DNA from: Christensenellales bacterium
GTDB taxonomy: Bacteria > Bacillota > Clostridia > Christensenellales > DTU072
Assembly (NCBI GenBank): GCA_050945855.1
Contig: JBMNTS010000004.1
Coordinates: 5,464 to 69,463, forward strand
Length of the DNA: 64,000 bases
Reading direction: 5' to 3'
The notes under the pieces were generated by a model that saw nothing but the letters and a program-made list of their open reading frames with translations, did no database searches and was not told where the DNA came from. Shown here piece by piece: positions 49,428-58,297 of this stretch (position 1 is the stretch's first letter; every line of letters starts with the position of its first letter). Both the position numbers and the translations under genes were made by a program.

Positions 49428-49887
49428 CTGCCTTATGATAGCTAGCAGCTATATTGGCCTGGGCATTTATAATTACTATAAAACGCGCACAAGGATATAC
49501 AGCGATTTATTGATATTTATAGAATTTGTAATCAATGAAATAAATTACGCAAAATCCAATCTGTATGAAATTATAGACTCTTTTGCCTTACGGCATGAAG
49601 GGGCATTTACCAAATTGACAAGTCAGGTAAAGGATTGTCTTGAGAAGGGAGAGGATATAACGATAAAATGCAATTTTCTTAACGCCGGCGAAAAAATGGA
49701 GTTGATTTTATTTTTTCGCACGCTGACTAAACTGGACAGGGCGGGGCTTGCCAATTACTTTAAACGGGAGCAGATTGCGGCAAGCGCAAAGATTGGCGCG
49801 CTGAAAGAAGAGGAGCAAAAAAACGGACAACTTGCAAAGAACTTAGGCATCCTGATCGGGATAGGCTTATTGATTGTGGTAATCTAA
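49405..49887 (+). CDS. spoIIIAB: Stage III sporulation protein AB
   Basis: Size, N-terminal TM helix and operon position. The ATG at 49405 follows a GAGG RBS. Confidence 0.8.
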   Translation: MVSIIAGSCLMIASSYIGLGIYNYYKTRTRIYSDLLIFIEFVINEINYAKSNLYEIIDSFALRHEGAFTKLTSQVKDCLEKGEDITIKCNFLNAGEKMELILFFRTLTKLDRAGLANYFKREQIAASAKIGALKEEEQKNGQLAKNLGILIGIGLLIVVI

Positions 49888-49897
49888 GGGAGGGGAT

Positions 49898-50119
49898 ATG
49901 AACATTGATATTATTTTTCGCATAGCCGGCATAGGAATCCTCACTGCAATTATCAATAACATATTGGAAAAAAGCGATAAAAAGGAAATAGCCACCTTTG
50001 TAACCTTAGCCGGTTTAATAATTGTTTTGGCGCTTGTGATAGATATGATAGGCGGACTTTTTGACAGTCTAAGAACTATTTTCAGGTTAAAATGGGAATT
50101 TTTAAGGTTGTTGGCATAG
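49898..50119 (+). CDS. spoIIIAC: Stage III sporulation protein AC
   Basis: Two-TM mini-protein resembling SpoIIIAC (IFRIAGIGILTAIINNIL). The 3' end overlaps the spoIIIAD start by 28 nt. Confidence 0.85.
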   Translation: MNIDIIFRIAGIGILTAIINNILEKSDKKEIATFVTLAGLIIVLALVIDMIGGLFDSLRTIFRLKWEFLRLLA

Positions 50120-50478
50120 CGATAGTTTCGCTTATTACCATTATATTATTGAAAGACATTAAGGCGGAATACGCTTTAATAGTCACCGTGATTTCCGGCA
50201 TTTTGCTGCTTACCCTGCTGCTTGAGCCGATAGGACAGGTGATTGCGGTTTTCGGCGACCTCAGCGACAAGGCTATGATCAGCCCTTCCATTTTCAATTT
50301 GCTTGTCAAAATCATAGGCATAGGTTACCTTACCGATTATACCTCCTGTCTTTGCGACGACTTCAACGCCAAATCGCTGGGCAAAAAGGTGGAGCTGGGC
50401 GGGAAAGTGATTATCCTGCTTTTGGCAATGCCCATCGTGCAAAACATCATTACCTTAATAGGTACTTTACTGAAGTGA
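50092..50478 (+). CDS. spoIIIAD: Stage III sporulation protein AD
   Basis: Four-TM protein resembling SpoIIIAD (KIIGIGYLTDY, ELGGKVIILLLAMPI). Confidence 0.88.
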   Translation: MGIFKVVGIAIVSLITIILLKDIKAEYALIVTVISGILLLTLLLEPIGQVIAVFGDLSDKAMISPSIFNLLVKIIGIGYLTDYTSCLCDDFNAKSLGKKVELGGKVIILLLAMPIVQNIITLIGTLLK

Positions 50479-51647
50479 AAAAAATCCTTTTTGTCCTTTT
50501 GATAATAGTAATCTTTACCTTGTTTTTGCCTGTGCAGCGTCCCGCCTATGCGCAAAATAAAGAGGACAAACTGGACGGGCAGATTGACAAAACGCTGGAC
50601 AAACTGGATTACAAGGATCTGGAAAGCTTTTTTAACGAAATAAACGAAGCCGCTGTGTTCGGAAACAACTTCAAACAACTGCTTAAAGACTTGCTTTCCG
50701 GAAAATCAGCGTTGGGGGCGGATAAGATTTCCCTGCTTGTCCTTGCGTATATAAGAAATGCTTTCCTAGGGATGCTTCCCCTGGTTATCACTCTTTTGGC
50801 GGTAGGCTTGCTGTACGGACTGGGCAGCAACCTTTCCTCAGGGTTTTTGAAGAAAAGCACTACGGATATTATCTATTATGTATGCCTGGGCGCGATAGTG
50901 ATTGTGCTCATTACTTCCGTCAACGGAATTATTGCGGATTTTCGCCGCACAATAGATTTACTTTCCAAATTTAACGATATAGTATTCCCCATTCTGCTCA
51001 CTCTGGTAACCGCGCTCGGAGGGGTAAGCGCGGCAGGGGTATATCAGCCGGCAATAGCCGCTATAGGCGCGATTATAATAAAAATAGTAACAGCGACGGT
51101 TATGCCCTTATTCCTTGCCTGTATCGTTTTTTGCATTATCGGTAGCCTTAGCAACAATATCAAACTGGATAAGTTGACGAATACCACAAAGTCAACGGCG
51201 GAATGGATACTTGGCATTATGTTTTCGCTGTTTATCGCTTTTATCAGCGTGGAGGGAATTGCGGGCTCCGCATTTGACAGCGTAACCATAAGGAGCGCGA
51301 AGTTCGCGCTTTCCGGATATCTGCCCATTATCGGCGGCCAGATTTCGGACGGCTTTGATTTGGTGGTGGCCAGTCTTATTCTTCTTAAAAATTCCTTCGG
51401 ACTGATTTCTATTATTATCTTGCTTTCCATAGTGCTTGCGCCCGCAATCAAGATAATTTTGTTTTCCTTATTATTAAAGGCGACAGCCGCCGTTTTGGAG
51501 CCTGTGGCAGACAAGCGCGTGTCCGACCTGCTTTTCAATACCGCCAAGTGTTTTAATTTGCTTTTAGTCATAATTATCGGACTTGCATTCATTATTTTTA
51601 TTATGCTGATGTTGATTATCGTTACCTGCAATCTGGGGATGGTGTAA
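50475..51647 (+). CDS. spoIIIAE: Stage III sporulation protein AE
   Basis: Signal peptide VKKILFVLLIIVIF..AYA, then a polytopic SpoIIIAE-like body. GTG start in a GTGA overlap with the spoIIIAD stop; the track start at 50352 is out of context. Confidence 0.88.
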   Translation: MKKILFVLLIIVIFTLFLPVQRPAYAQNKEDKLDGQIDKTLDKLDYKDLESFFNEINEAAVFGNNFKQLLKDLLSGKSALGADKISLLVLAYIRNAFLGMLPLVITLLAVGLLYGLGSNLSSGFLKKSTTDIIYYVCLGAIVIVLITSVNGIIADFRRTIDLLSKFNDIVFPILLTLVTALGGVSAAGVYQPAIAAIGAIIIKIVTATVMPLFLACIVFCIIGSLSNNIKLDKLTNTTKSTAEWILGIMFSLFIAFISVEGIAGSAFDSVTIRSAKFALSGYLPIIGGQISDGFDLVVASLILLKNSFGLISIIILLSIVLAPAIKIILFSLLLKATAAVLEPVADKRVSDLLFNTAKCFNLLLVIIIGLAFIIFIMLMLIIVTCNLGMV

Positions 51648-52129
51648 TGAGCGCGTGGCTTTTTTCCATCGCCGGAGTGATAATACTTTCGGGCTTATTG
51701 GACCTTGTCCTCTCCGAAGGCGAAACCAAAAAGTATGTTAAAGGCATCATATCCATAATAGTTATCGCGACTATAATATCCCCTTTGACAAAACTTGCCG
51801 ACAAAGATACGGCTCCCCTTTTCCCCGAGTTAAAGGAAAGCGCGCAAACGGATGAGGCGTTTGTAGCGGCAATAAGGTCTGAGCGTGAGGAACAGGCAAG
51901 GACAGCCATACGGGACGCGCTGGCAAAAGAAGGCTTAAGCGCGGAGATTAAAGTATATTCGGATAACCTCAACGGATATTTTTATATAAAAAATGTTACC
52001 TGCACTTTTGACAAATCAGTCATAAAGGAGGAAGATGCGAATATAGATATTAATAAGAAAATCAAGAGCATTATTGAGGATGTCAGCGGTGTTTCACACG
52101 AGGAGATAATAATTATCTATGCAGGCTAA
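51647..52129 (+). CDS. spoIIIAF: Stage III sporulation protein AF
   Basis: Two N-terminal TM helices plus a soluble ring-building-motif-like domain. Operon position. Confidence 0.82.
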   Translation: MSAWLFSIAGVIILSGLLDLVLSEGETKKYVKGIISIIVIATIISPLTKLADKDTAPLFPELKESAQTDEAFVAAIRSEREEQARTAIRDALAKEGLSAEIKVYSDNLNGYFYIKNVTCTFDKSVIKEEDANIDINKKIKSIIEDVSGVSHEEIIIIYAG

Positions 52130-52559
52130 AGCTATCTCGGCAAAAGCAAAGGAGTTTTGGGAAAAGGCTAAGACAATAAAGAACATAGAAATTATTATCG
52201 CCGTAATAGCAATAGGGATAGTGTTGTTGATATACGCTTCCACCCTTTCCTCAAACAAGATAAAAAATACGTCCCTGCCGTCCGCAAATCAGATTGCGGG
52301 AGAGGGAGAGGAAGAAAGGTTGGCTGCCATATTAAGCCAGATAGAGGGCGCGGGCAGGGTAAGCGTGATGATTACTTACGAGAAGAACGATTACGCCGCC
52401 GAGGCAAGCGCGGAGGCGGGCGAGCCCAAAATCAAAGGGGTAATCATCGTAGCGGAAGGCGCGCAGGATGTGGCGGTAAGGCTTAATCTGATAAGGGCTG
52501 CGCAAACGGTATTGGATATCAAATCAGACACTATAGAAGTGTTTGTTATGAAAAAATAA
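52119..52559 (+). CDS. spoIIIAG: Stage III sporulation protein AG
   Basis: N-terminal TM helix and conserved C-terminus (GAGRVSVMITY, IKGVIIVAEGA). Confidence 0.88.
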   Translation: MQAKAISAKAKEFWEKAKTIKNIEIIIAVIAIGIVLLIYASTLSSNKIKNTSLPSANQIAGEGEEERLAAILSQIEGAGRVSVMITYEKNDYAAEASAEAGEPKIKGVIIVAEGAQDVAVRLNLIRAAQTVLDIKSDTIEVFVMKK

Positions 52560-52579
52560 ATAATAATTCGGAGGCAAAT

Positions 52580-53116
52580 ATGAAAGGTGACAAAAATCGC
52601 GCAATTGCAACAGCTACTGTTACCACCAAGGAGAAAAAGTCAAAAGGCTTGAATCAAAACAAGAAAAAGACAATCATACTTATTTCCATGATTGTTTTGC
52701 TGGTTACGGTAGGATGTCTCAATTATTTTCTCAACTTCCCGCCTAAAGCGGAGGAAGACCCCACCGCTCCTACCTTCTTTGCGACATTCAGGATAGACAG
52801 AGAAGCGACGCGCGCTCAGGAGATACTATACTTAGACGGCATTATCGCAAGCGAGCTATCCACTCCGGACGCCATTGACGCGGCTCAGGAAAAGAAGATA
52901 AACCTCTGCGACACAATGGAAAAGGAACTGGTGCTGGAAGGGCTTATAAAAGCGCAGGGCTTTGAGGACTGTATCGTGACTATGAGTACGGAAAATGTAA
53001 ACATAGTGGTAAAGACAGAAAATCTGGGACTGGAGCAAGCAGCGCAAATACTTAGCATAATAGTAAACGAAACCGATTACACTGCGCCCGATGTTATATT
53101 AATACCTTACGTATAA
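52580..53116 (+). CDS. spoIIIAH: Stage III sporulation protein AH
   Basis: N-terminal TM helix plus a YscJ/FliF-like C-terminal domain. Last gene of the operon. Confidence 0.85.
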   Translation: MKGDKNRAIATATVTTKEKKSKGLNQNKKKTIILISMIVLLVTVGCLNYFLNFPPKAEEDPTAPTFFATFRIDREATRAQEILYLDGIIASELSTPDAIDAAQEKKINLCDTMEKELVLEGLIKAQGFEDCIVTMSTENVNIVVKTENLGLEQAAQILSIIVNETDYTAPDVILIPYV

Positions 53117-53146
53117 GAACTTCAATATGAAAAGGGAGAAGAGCAA

Positions 53147-53178
53147 GGGGCTGCCCGCAATAGGGCAGTCTCTTTTTT
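53147..53178 (+). terminator. Rho-independent terminator of the spoIIIA operon
   Basis: CTGCCC-gcaata-GGGCAG with flanking extension, followed by TCTCTTTTTT. Confidence 0.7.
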
Positions 53179-53204
53179 ATAACCGCCTAATCCGGGTCTT
53201 TCTC

Positions 53205-53234
53205 TTGCAAAAAATGGTATCGCTGTGGTATAAT
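53205..53234 (+). promoter_or_regulatory. Sigma-A promoter (TTGCAA-18 nt-TGgTATAAT) for the asp23-nusB-folD-xseAB-ispA unit
   Basis: Read from the sequence. Confidence 0.6.
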
Positions 53235-53251
53235 AAAGCCAAGGTGAGCAA

Positions 53252-53584
53252 ATGAGCAAAGTTTTAAGCCCGGGCGAAACAGAGCGTTATCAGGGCATAA
53301 TATCTTCAATAGCGGCTACCGCTCTTGCGCTTAGCGAAGGGGTGACCAAAGAGACCGGCTTTAAAAAAAGCAGTTTGGGCAGCACCGTGCGCGAGCGCAA
53401 TATTCACGTTTATATAGCTGAGAACAGAGTCACCATAGATTTATTCATCAACGTTATTTACGGTTACAGCGTGCCCGAGGTGGCGTGCGCCGTTCAGGAG
53501 CGAATCAAAAAAGAAGTGGAAGCGGAAACGGGCTTTAGGGTGGAGAGCATCAACGTCAACGTATCCAACGTGGTTTTCAGGTAA
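53252..53584 (+). CDS. Asp23/Gls24 family envelope-stress (alkaline shock) protein
   Basis: Asp23-family pattern (IAATALALSEGV, V.IDL.I.V.YG..VPEV...VQ..IK..VE..TG). Canonical position before nusB. Confidence 0.85.
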   Translation: MSKVLSPGETERYQGIISSIAATALALSEGVTKETGFKKSSLGSTVRERNIHVYIAENRVTIDLFINVIYGYSVPEVACAVQERIKKEVEAETGFRVESINVNVSNVVFR

Positions 53585-53587
53585 AAT

Positions 53588-54001
53588 ATGAGCAGAAAAA
53601 TAGCGCGCGAAACTTGTTATCACCTGATTTTCGAATACTTATTCTTAGGTAAAGCCAACGATATAACCTTTAACATAGTCACCAGTACGCAGGATATCCA
53701 AAACGAGGTGGACTATATAAGGCAGATTTACAGGGGGGTCATTCAAAATTACGAGGAGCTTGTGGATTACATCGCCCGCTATTCGGAAACGTTCAGTATG
53801 GAGCGTATCTTCCGTCCCGATTTGGCCGCCATGCTTATAGCAATCTACGAAATGAAGTATATGGATGATATACCCATGAGCGTTTCCATCAATGAGGCTA
53901 TAGAGATTGTTAAAAGGTATTCCACGGAAAAGAGCGGTAAATATGTCAACGGCATACTTTCCAGCGTATATAAAGAATTAACCAGGAAGGAAGAACAATG
54001 A
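53588..54001 (+). CDS. nusB: Transcription antitermination factor NusB
   Basis: NusB fold sequence (RKIARE, INEAIEIVKRYS, K.VNGIL). Confidence 0.92.
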   Translation: MSRKIARETCYHLIFEYLFLGKANDITFNIVTSTQDIQNEVDYIRQIYRGVIQNYEELVDYIARYSETFSMERIFRPDLAAMLIAIYEMKYMDDIPMSVSINEAIEIVKRYSTEKSGKYVNGILSSVYKELTRKEEQ

Positions 54002-54852
54002 GCGTATTAATCGACGGCAAAGCATTATCCGCAAAAATCAGAGCAGGACTTGCAAAAAAGGTAGCATCCCTCAAAGATAAGTACAGGCTTGCGCCGGGTC
54101 TTGCGGTGGTGTTGGTAGGAGAGGATCCGTCAAGCAAGTTATACGTAGGCAATAAGATTAAAGCGTGCAATGAGATAGGGATATACAGCGAAAACTATAC
54201 GCTTAGCGAGAATACTTCCAAGGAAGAATTAATTGCGTTAATAGACCGGCTTAACGCAAGCGACAAAATCCACGGCATATTGGTGCAGCTGCCTTTGCCA
54301 AAGAAATTCAACGCTCAAACGATATTGGAACGTATAGACCCCGAAAAAGACGTGGACGGATTGAGCGAATATCAGACAGGCAGGCTGGTGCACGGACTGG
54401 ATTGTCTTGCCGCCTGCACTCCTTCGGGCGTAATGGTTATGCTGGATGAATACGGCATTGACCCAAAAGGCAAAACGGCGGTTGTAATAGGCAGAAGCAA
54501 TATTGTGGGCAAGCCTATGGCGCAATTATTGACAAATAAGGACGCTACCGTTACCGTCTGCCATTCAAAAACGAAGGATTTGTCCTTGCATACTTTGCAG
54601 GCGGACATCATAGTCGCCGCTTTGGGCAAACCCCGTTTTCTTAAAGCGGATATGGTAAAGCAGGGCGCAGTCATAATAGACGTGGGCACTACCAAAGTGG
54701 ACGGGGTATTGTATGGGGATGTGGATTTCCCCGAAGTGAGCAAAAAAGCTTCCTTCATCACTCCGGTGCCCGGCGGTGTAGGACCTATGACGATAGCTAT
54801 GCTTATGAAGAACACCGTAGACGCATTTTTATATAAATATGAAAGAGGATAA
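53998..54852 (+). CDS. folD: Bifunctional methylenetetrahydrofolate dehydrogenase/cyclohydrolase FolD
   Basis: VGEDPSS.LYV, GILVQLPLP, VIGRSNIVGKPMA, PVPGGVGPMT. Confidence 0.96.
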   Translation: MSVLIDGKALSAKIRAGLAKKVASLKDKYRLAPGLAVVLVGEDPSSKLYVGNKIKACNEIGIYSENYTLSENTSKEELIALIDRLNASDKIHGILVQLPLPKKFNAQTILERIDPEKDVDGLSEYQTGRLVHGLDCLAACTPSGVMVMLDEYGIDPKGKTAVVIGRSNIVGKPMAQLLTNKDATVTVCHSKTKDLSLHTLQADIIVAALGKPRFLKADMVKQGAVIIDVGTTKVDGVLYGDVDFPEVSKKASFITPVPGGVGPMTIAMLMKNTVDAFLYKYERG

Positions 54853-56035
54853 CAGAAATTATCTAAGTGTTTCCGAATACAACGCGTATATAAAAGATTT
54901 GCTTGACAGCGATATGTTGCTGAAAAACGTTTTTGTTATGGGCGAAGTCAGCGACCTTTCTCCCAGAGGGGACCATTTGTTTTTTACGCTGAAAGACGAA
55001 TATTGCAAAATGAGCGTGGTGGTTTTGGGCTATAGGAATACCTATACTCCCAAAATGGGCGAAACGGTTATGGTTATGGGCACCCCCGATTATTACGAAA
55101 GGGGCGGCAAGCTGAATTTTAACGCGTACAACATAGAGCCGGTAGGGCTGGGAATGCTCTACCGAAAACTGGAAGAGCTAAAAGAAAAGCTTGCCTTATT
55201 GGGGTATTTTGACCGCGAGCATAAAAAGAGCCTGCCCAAATATCCGCAAAGTATCGGCATACTCTCCAGCATAGACGGCGCAGTTTTTTTTGATATTTTT
55301 CAAAGCATACGCAAGATTAACGAGGTGTGCGATATTACCCTTATAGACATTCGGGTGCAGGGCGCGGGAGCGGCACAAAGTATAATAAAAGCGCTTAAGG
55401 CGGCGGACACAATGGGCTTTGACTTGTTGATACTTGCCAGAGGCGGAGGCTCTTTTGAGGATTTGCTCTGCTTTTCGGATGAGGAAGTAGTCAAAACCAT
55501 TTACCGTCTTAATACGCCGGTAATTTCCGCCATAGGTCACGAAACGGATAATCCGTTAAGTGATTACGTAGCGGACGCGCGCGCGATTACGCCTACGGAA
55601 GCGGGAAAAATGAGCGTGTATAACACCGCTGTTGTTAAAGCGGAGATTATGGAAAAGATTCTCCTATGCAAGAAAAAGCTTGAAAAGAAGTTCCGTTATA
55701 CCCTGCTTAAAGTCACCGGCAGCGCAAAGAGAGTAGGGTTTACCTGCGGTCTTGCGCTTAACGGGCAAATCGGCGACCTTAAAGAAAGACTGCGTATTAT
55801 TTCGGATAAGGCAAAGGAGGGGGTCACCGCAAAAGAGGCGGAATTAAAGCTGGCTTCGCTTGCGATGGATAAATTAAACCCCGCCAAGGTATTATCCAAA
55901 GGTTACTTCGGAGTAACCAAAAACGATATTAAGGTTACCCAAATAGACGATTTAGAGATTGGCGACAAAATTGAACTGATTGGCGCGGACGGCAAAGCCT
56001 GCGCCGTGGTAAACAGTAAGGAGGTAAGGCAATGA
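54839..56035 (+). CDS. xseA: Exodeoxyribonuclease VII large subunit
   Basis: OB-fold N-terminus and catalytic core (ARGGGSFEDL, ISAIGHETD). Confidence 0.93.
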   Translation: MKEDNRNYLSVSEYNAYIKDLLDSDMLLKNVFVMGEVSDLSPRGDHLFFTLKDEYCKMSVVVLGYRNTYTPKMGETVMVMGTPDYYERGGKLNFNAYNIEPVGLGMLYRKLEELKEKLALLGYFDREHKKSLPKYPQSIGILSSIDGAVFFDIFQSIRKINEVCDITLIDIRVQGAGAAQSIIKALKAADTMGFDLLILARGGGSFEDLLCFSDEEVVKTIYRLNTPVISAIGHETDNPLSDYVADARAITPTEAGKMSVYNTAVVKAEIMEKILLCKKKLEKKFRYTLLKVTGSAKRVGFTCGLALNGQIGDLKERLRIISDKAKEGVTAKEAELKLASLAMDKLNPAKVLSKGYFGVTKNDIKVTQIDDLEIGDKIELIGADGKACAVVNSKEVRQ

Positions 56036-56241
56036 GTCTGGAAGAAGATATTAAGCGGCTTGACCAAATAGTGGCGGATATGGATAAGGAGGAGCTTACC
56101 TTAGACCAAAGCCTGAATTTGTTTAAGGAAGGCATAGAACTGGCAAAGAAGTGCGCCACCTTTTTGAACGAGAAAAAAGGGGAGCTCAAGGTGCTGGACG
56201 AGCAATTAAAAGAGCTTGAAGTGGAACTTGAGGAAGAATGA
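56032..56241 (+). CDS. xseB: Exodeoxyribonuclease VII small subunit
   Basis: 69-aa helical protein (LE....F..G..L...C). Overlaps xseA. Confidence 0.9.
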   Translation: MSLEEDIKRLDQIVADMDKEELTLDQSLNLFKEGIELAKKCATFLNEKKGELKVLDEQLKELEVELEEE

Positions 56242-57065
56242 AGGCGTATTCTGATTATATAGACATAATCGAAAATGACATTTCCGATTTTCTCGGAGGA
56301 CTAAAGCATGTTCCCTCATCGCTTATGGACGCGGTACGTTATTCCTGCTTAAACGGAGGCAAAAGAGTACGCCCCATACTTCTGTTTTTAAGCGCGGAAA
56401 TTAACGATGTGGACACGGACAGCGTAAGACCGCTGGCGCCGGCTTTGGAATTCATACATTCTTATTCGCTTATACACGACGACCTCCCCGCTATGGATAA
56501 CGCAGAATTAAGAAGAGGAATGCCCGCCACGCATAAGGTATTCGGCGAGGCTATGGCAATTCTGGCGGGAGACGCGCTTTTGAATTTTGCTATGGAAGCG
56601 CTTACCCGTGCTGTGTGCGAAAAGCCTTATCTTGCGCACGCGGCAAAATATCTTGCCTCAAAGGCGGGTGCGGAAGGTATGATCGGAGGGCAGGCTATGG
56701 ACATATCTTTATATAAGGAAAACGCGACGGGCAAAGTAATAGAAAAAATGAGTATGCTTAAAACCGCCTCTTTAATGGAGAGCGCCCTTTGTATGCCTTG
56801 CCTGATTCCCGATACTAAGCCCAATTTTGCGGAATTTGAGAAATTGGGCGCAAACATCGGCCTTATTTTCCAGATTACCGACGATATCCTTGACCTGGGC
56901 AAAGAAGAGGACAAACCGACGCTGGCAAACCATTTCGGCAGGCAATGGTGCGCGGACAAAATAGCCTCATTGGAGGCCGAGTGTTTGGAAATTCTTGATA
57001 AATATCAAGAAAAGTCTGTCTTTCTTAAAGGTTTTATACATAAACTTACAAACAGAAGTATATAG
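56238..57065 (+). CDS. ispA: Polyprenyl (farnesyl) diphosphate synthase
   Basis: FARM motif HDDLPAMDN and SARM motif DDILD. ATGA overlap with xseB. Confidence 0.92.
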   Translation: MKAYSDYIDIIENDISDFLGGLKHVPSSLMDAVRYSCLNGGKRVRPILLFLSAEINDVDTDSVRPLAPALEFIHSYSLIHDDLPAMDNAELRRGMPATHKVFGEAMAILAGDALLNFAMEALTRAVCEKPYLAHAAKYLASKAGAEGMIGGQAMDISLYKENATGKVIEKMSMLKTASLMESALCMPCLIPDTKPNFAEFEKLGANIGLIFQITDDILDLGKEEDKPTLANHFGRQWCADKIASLEAECLEILDKYQEKSVFLKGFIHKLTNRSI

Positions 57066-57069
57066 TTTA

Positions 57070-57098
57070 TTGCAATAAAAATATACTTATGCTATAAT
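57070..57098 (+). promoter_or_regulatory. Near-consensus sigma-A promoter (TTGCAA-17 nt-TGcTATAAT) driving the large ncRNA
   Basis: Read from the sequence, 5 nt after the ispA stop. The transcription start is predicted near 57105. Confidence 0.7.
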
Positions 57099-57104
57099 TA
57101 ATAT

Positions 57105-57690
57105 CTAAATATGGTGGCTCAGTATTCTAGTCAGGTGAGCATTATCTGAAGGCGGGGTTAAAATTCCGTCAAAGAGCATATCGATGAAGTTTCTTGTGCC
57201 GGCTTGGATTGCCCAAATTTGGGCTGGTGCTGGAAGTTAAGATTCTTGGGCGTTCCGTAACGGCATACGGGAGCCGACCCAATTATCGTGGAGACCCTTT
57301 TCGGAGGGCGTAAAACCGCCTTCTGGCTGGGATTAAACCTGCAGCGCGGTAAATAATAGCTGTGTGCAGTGTAGCTTGCTTTGAGTGGTATGGGCGAATG
57401 AGATTTTAGCTCCCTATCCGTTGGCCAATGGAGAAGGAGTATTGATTTCTGAAACTTATGCTGCAAAAGAAGATAAGGTAATGCGAATCTGTCAAGGAAA
57501 GCTTCTAGACTGATATAAGCTAAGGATTATAGTGTGCACTAAGTGGCGATTCGGTTGTGTATTTGAGCAATCGTACACTGTAAGGATTAAAGGGAAACCG
57601 CTTGTACGGCGACGGCAAGTTCTTTGCAGGGAAACCCTACCGAACCTGATGGCGCAAGGTTTACTTAGCTTATTGCCACCATTTTTTATT
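57105..57690 (+). ncRNA. ole: OLE (ornate, large, extremophilic) RNA-class large structured ncRNA
   Basis: About 585 nt with no credible ORF, between ispA and a 4-TM protein gene. It has its own promoter. A long-range closing helix pairs ATGGTGGC (57111-57118) with GCCACCAT (57675-57682) and is followed by a U-run. Multiple local hairpins are present. The gene context xseAB-ispA-[RNA]-membrane protein-tlyA-nadK-argR-recN is the context published for OLE. The covariance model was not run. Confidence 0.75.
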
Positions 57691-57700
57691 TTGAGGGAAT

Positions 57701-58297
57701 ATGTCCGGGACAAAGAAAGATAAAAGCGCGACAAGCGACAATCAGCGCAGCAAAGAAAACAGACAACAGAAAGAAAAGAAAAAAAAGGTCAGATGGATTA
57801 TTTATATTACGCTACTGGGATTGATTTTTTCCATAGCGTTTAATTTTTTATCCCAACTGGCTTCACAGTCCGCCAACGTTTGGGCGGTAATCCTCATTTT
57901 GGTATTCTTATTATTTATAAACATAGCGGGAGACGGCATCGCTCTTGCCACGACCGCCTGCGAATTGTCACCCCTTTTCGCTATGGCGGCGCGCAAGGAA
58001 AAAGGCGCAAAGACCGCAATATGGCTGGTGAAGAACTCGGAAAAAGTCAGCAGCGTGATATTGGACGTGTTGGGGGATATATCCGGCCTGCTTTCCGGTG
58101 TATTTATTGTAATTATCACAATTCAACTTTTTAAAGATGAGCGGGCGCTATCGCTGGCAAACCTGTTGCTTCCCGCCTTATTCGGAGGCATTATAATCAG
58201 CGGCAAAGCGATAGTAAAAGTTTACGCACTTAAAAATCCCAAAAGAATTGTGCTGGGATTCAGCAGAATGCTGGAAATTTTCAGAAAAAACAAATGA
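57701..58297 (+). CDS. oapA: OLE-associated protein A-like small membrane protein (4 TM helices, basic N-terminal tail)
   Basis: 198 aa. Lys/Gln-rich N-terminus, four hydrophobic helices, and paired GD motifs (NIAGDGIAL, VLGDISGLL). Lies immediately 3' of the OLE-like RNA. ATGA overlap with tlyA. Confidence 0.7.
   Translation: MSGTKKDKSATSDNQRSKENRQQKEKKKKVRWIIYITLLGLIFSIAFNFLSQLASQSANVWAVILILVFLLFINIAGDGIALATTACELSPLFAMAARKEKGAKTAIWLVKNSEKVSSVILDVLGDISGLLSGVFIVIITIQLFKDERALSLANLLLPALFGGIIISGKAIVKVYALKNPKRIVLGFSRMLEIFRKNK

Noticed and set aside
50352-50474. Track start of spoIIIAE at 50352, overlapping spoIIIAD by more than 120 nt
   Set aside because: The GTG at 50475 (a GTGA overlap with the spoIIIAD stop) yields a typical signal peptide, VKKILFVLL. 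The upstream extension is an out-of-context frame within spoIIIAD.
57158-57734. Three ORFs of 63-102 aa (57158-57466 -, 57492-57734 -, 57532-57723 +) in the ispA to oapA gap
   Set aside because: None has an RBS, they overlap one another in different frames and their composition is odd. The region is better explained as a structured RNA (OLE class) with its own promoter and a closing helix.
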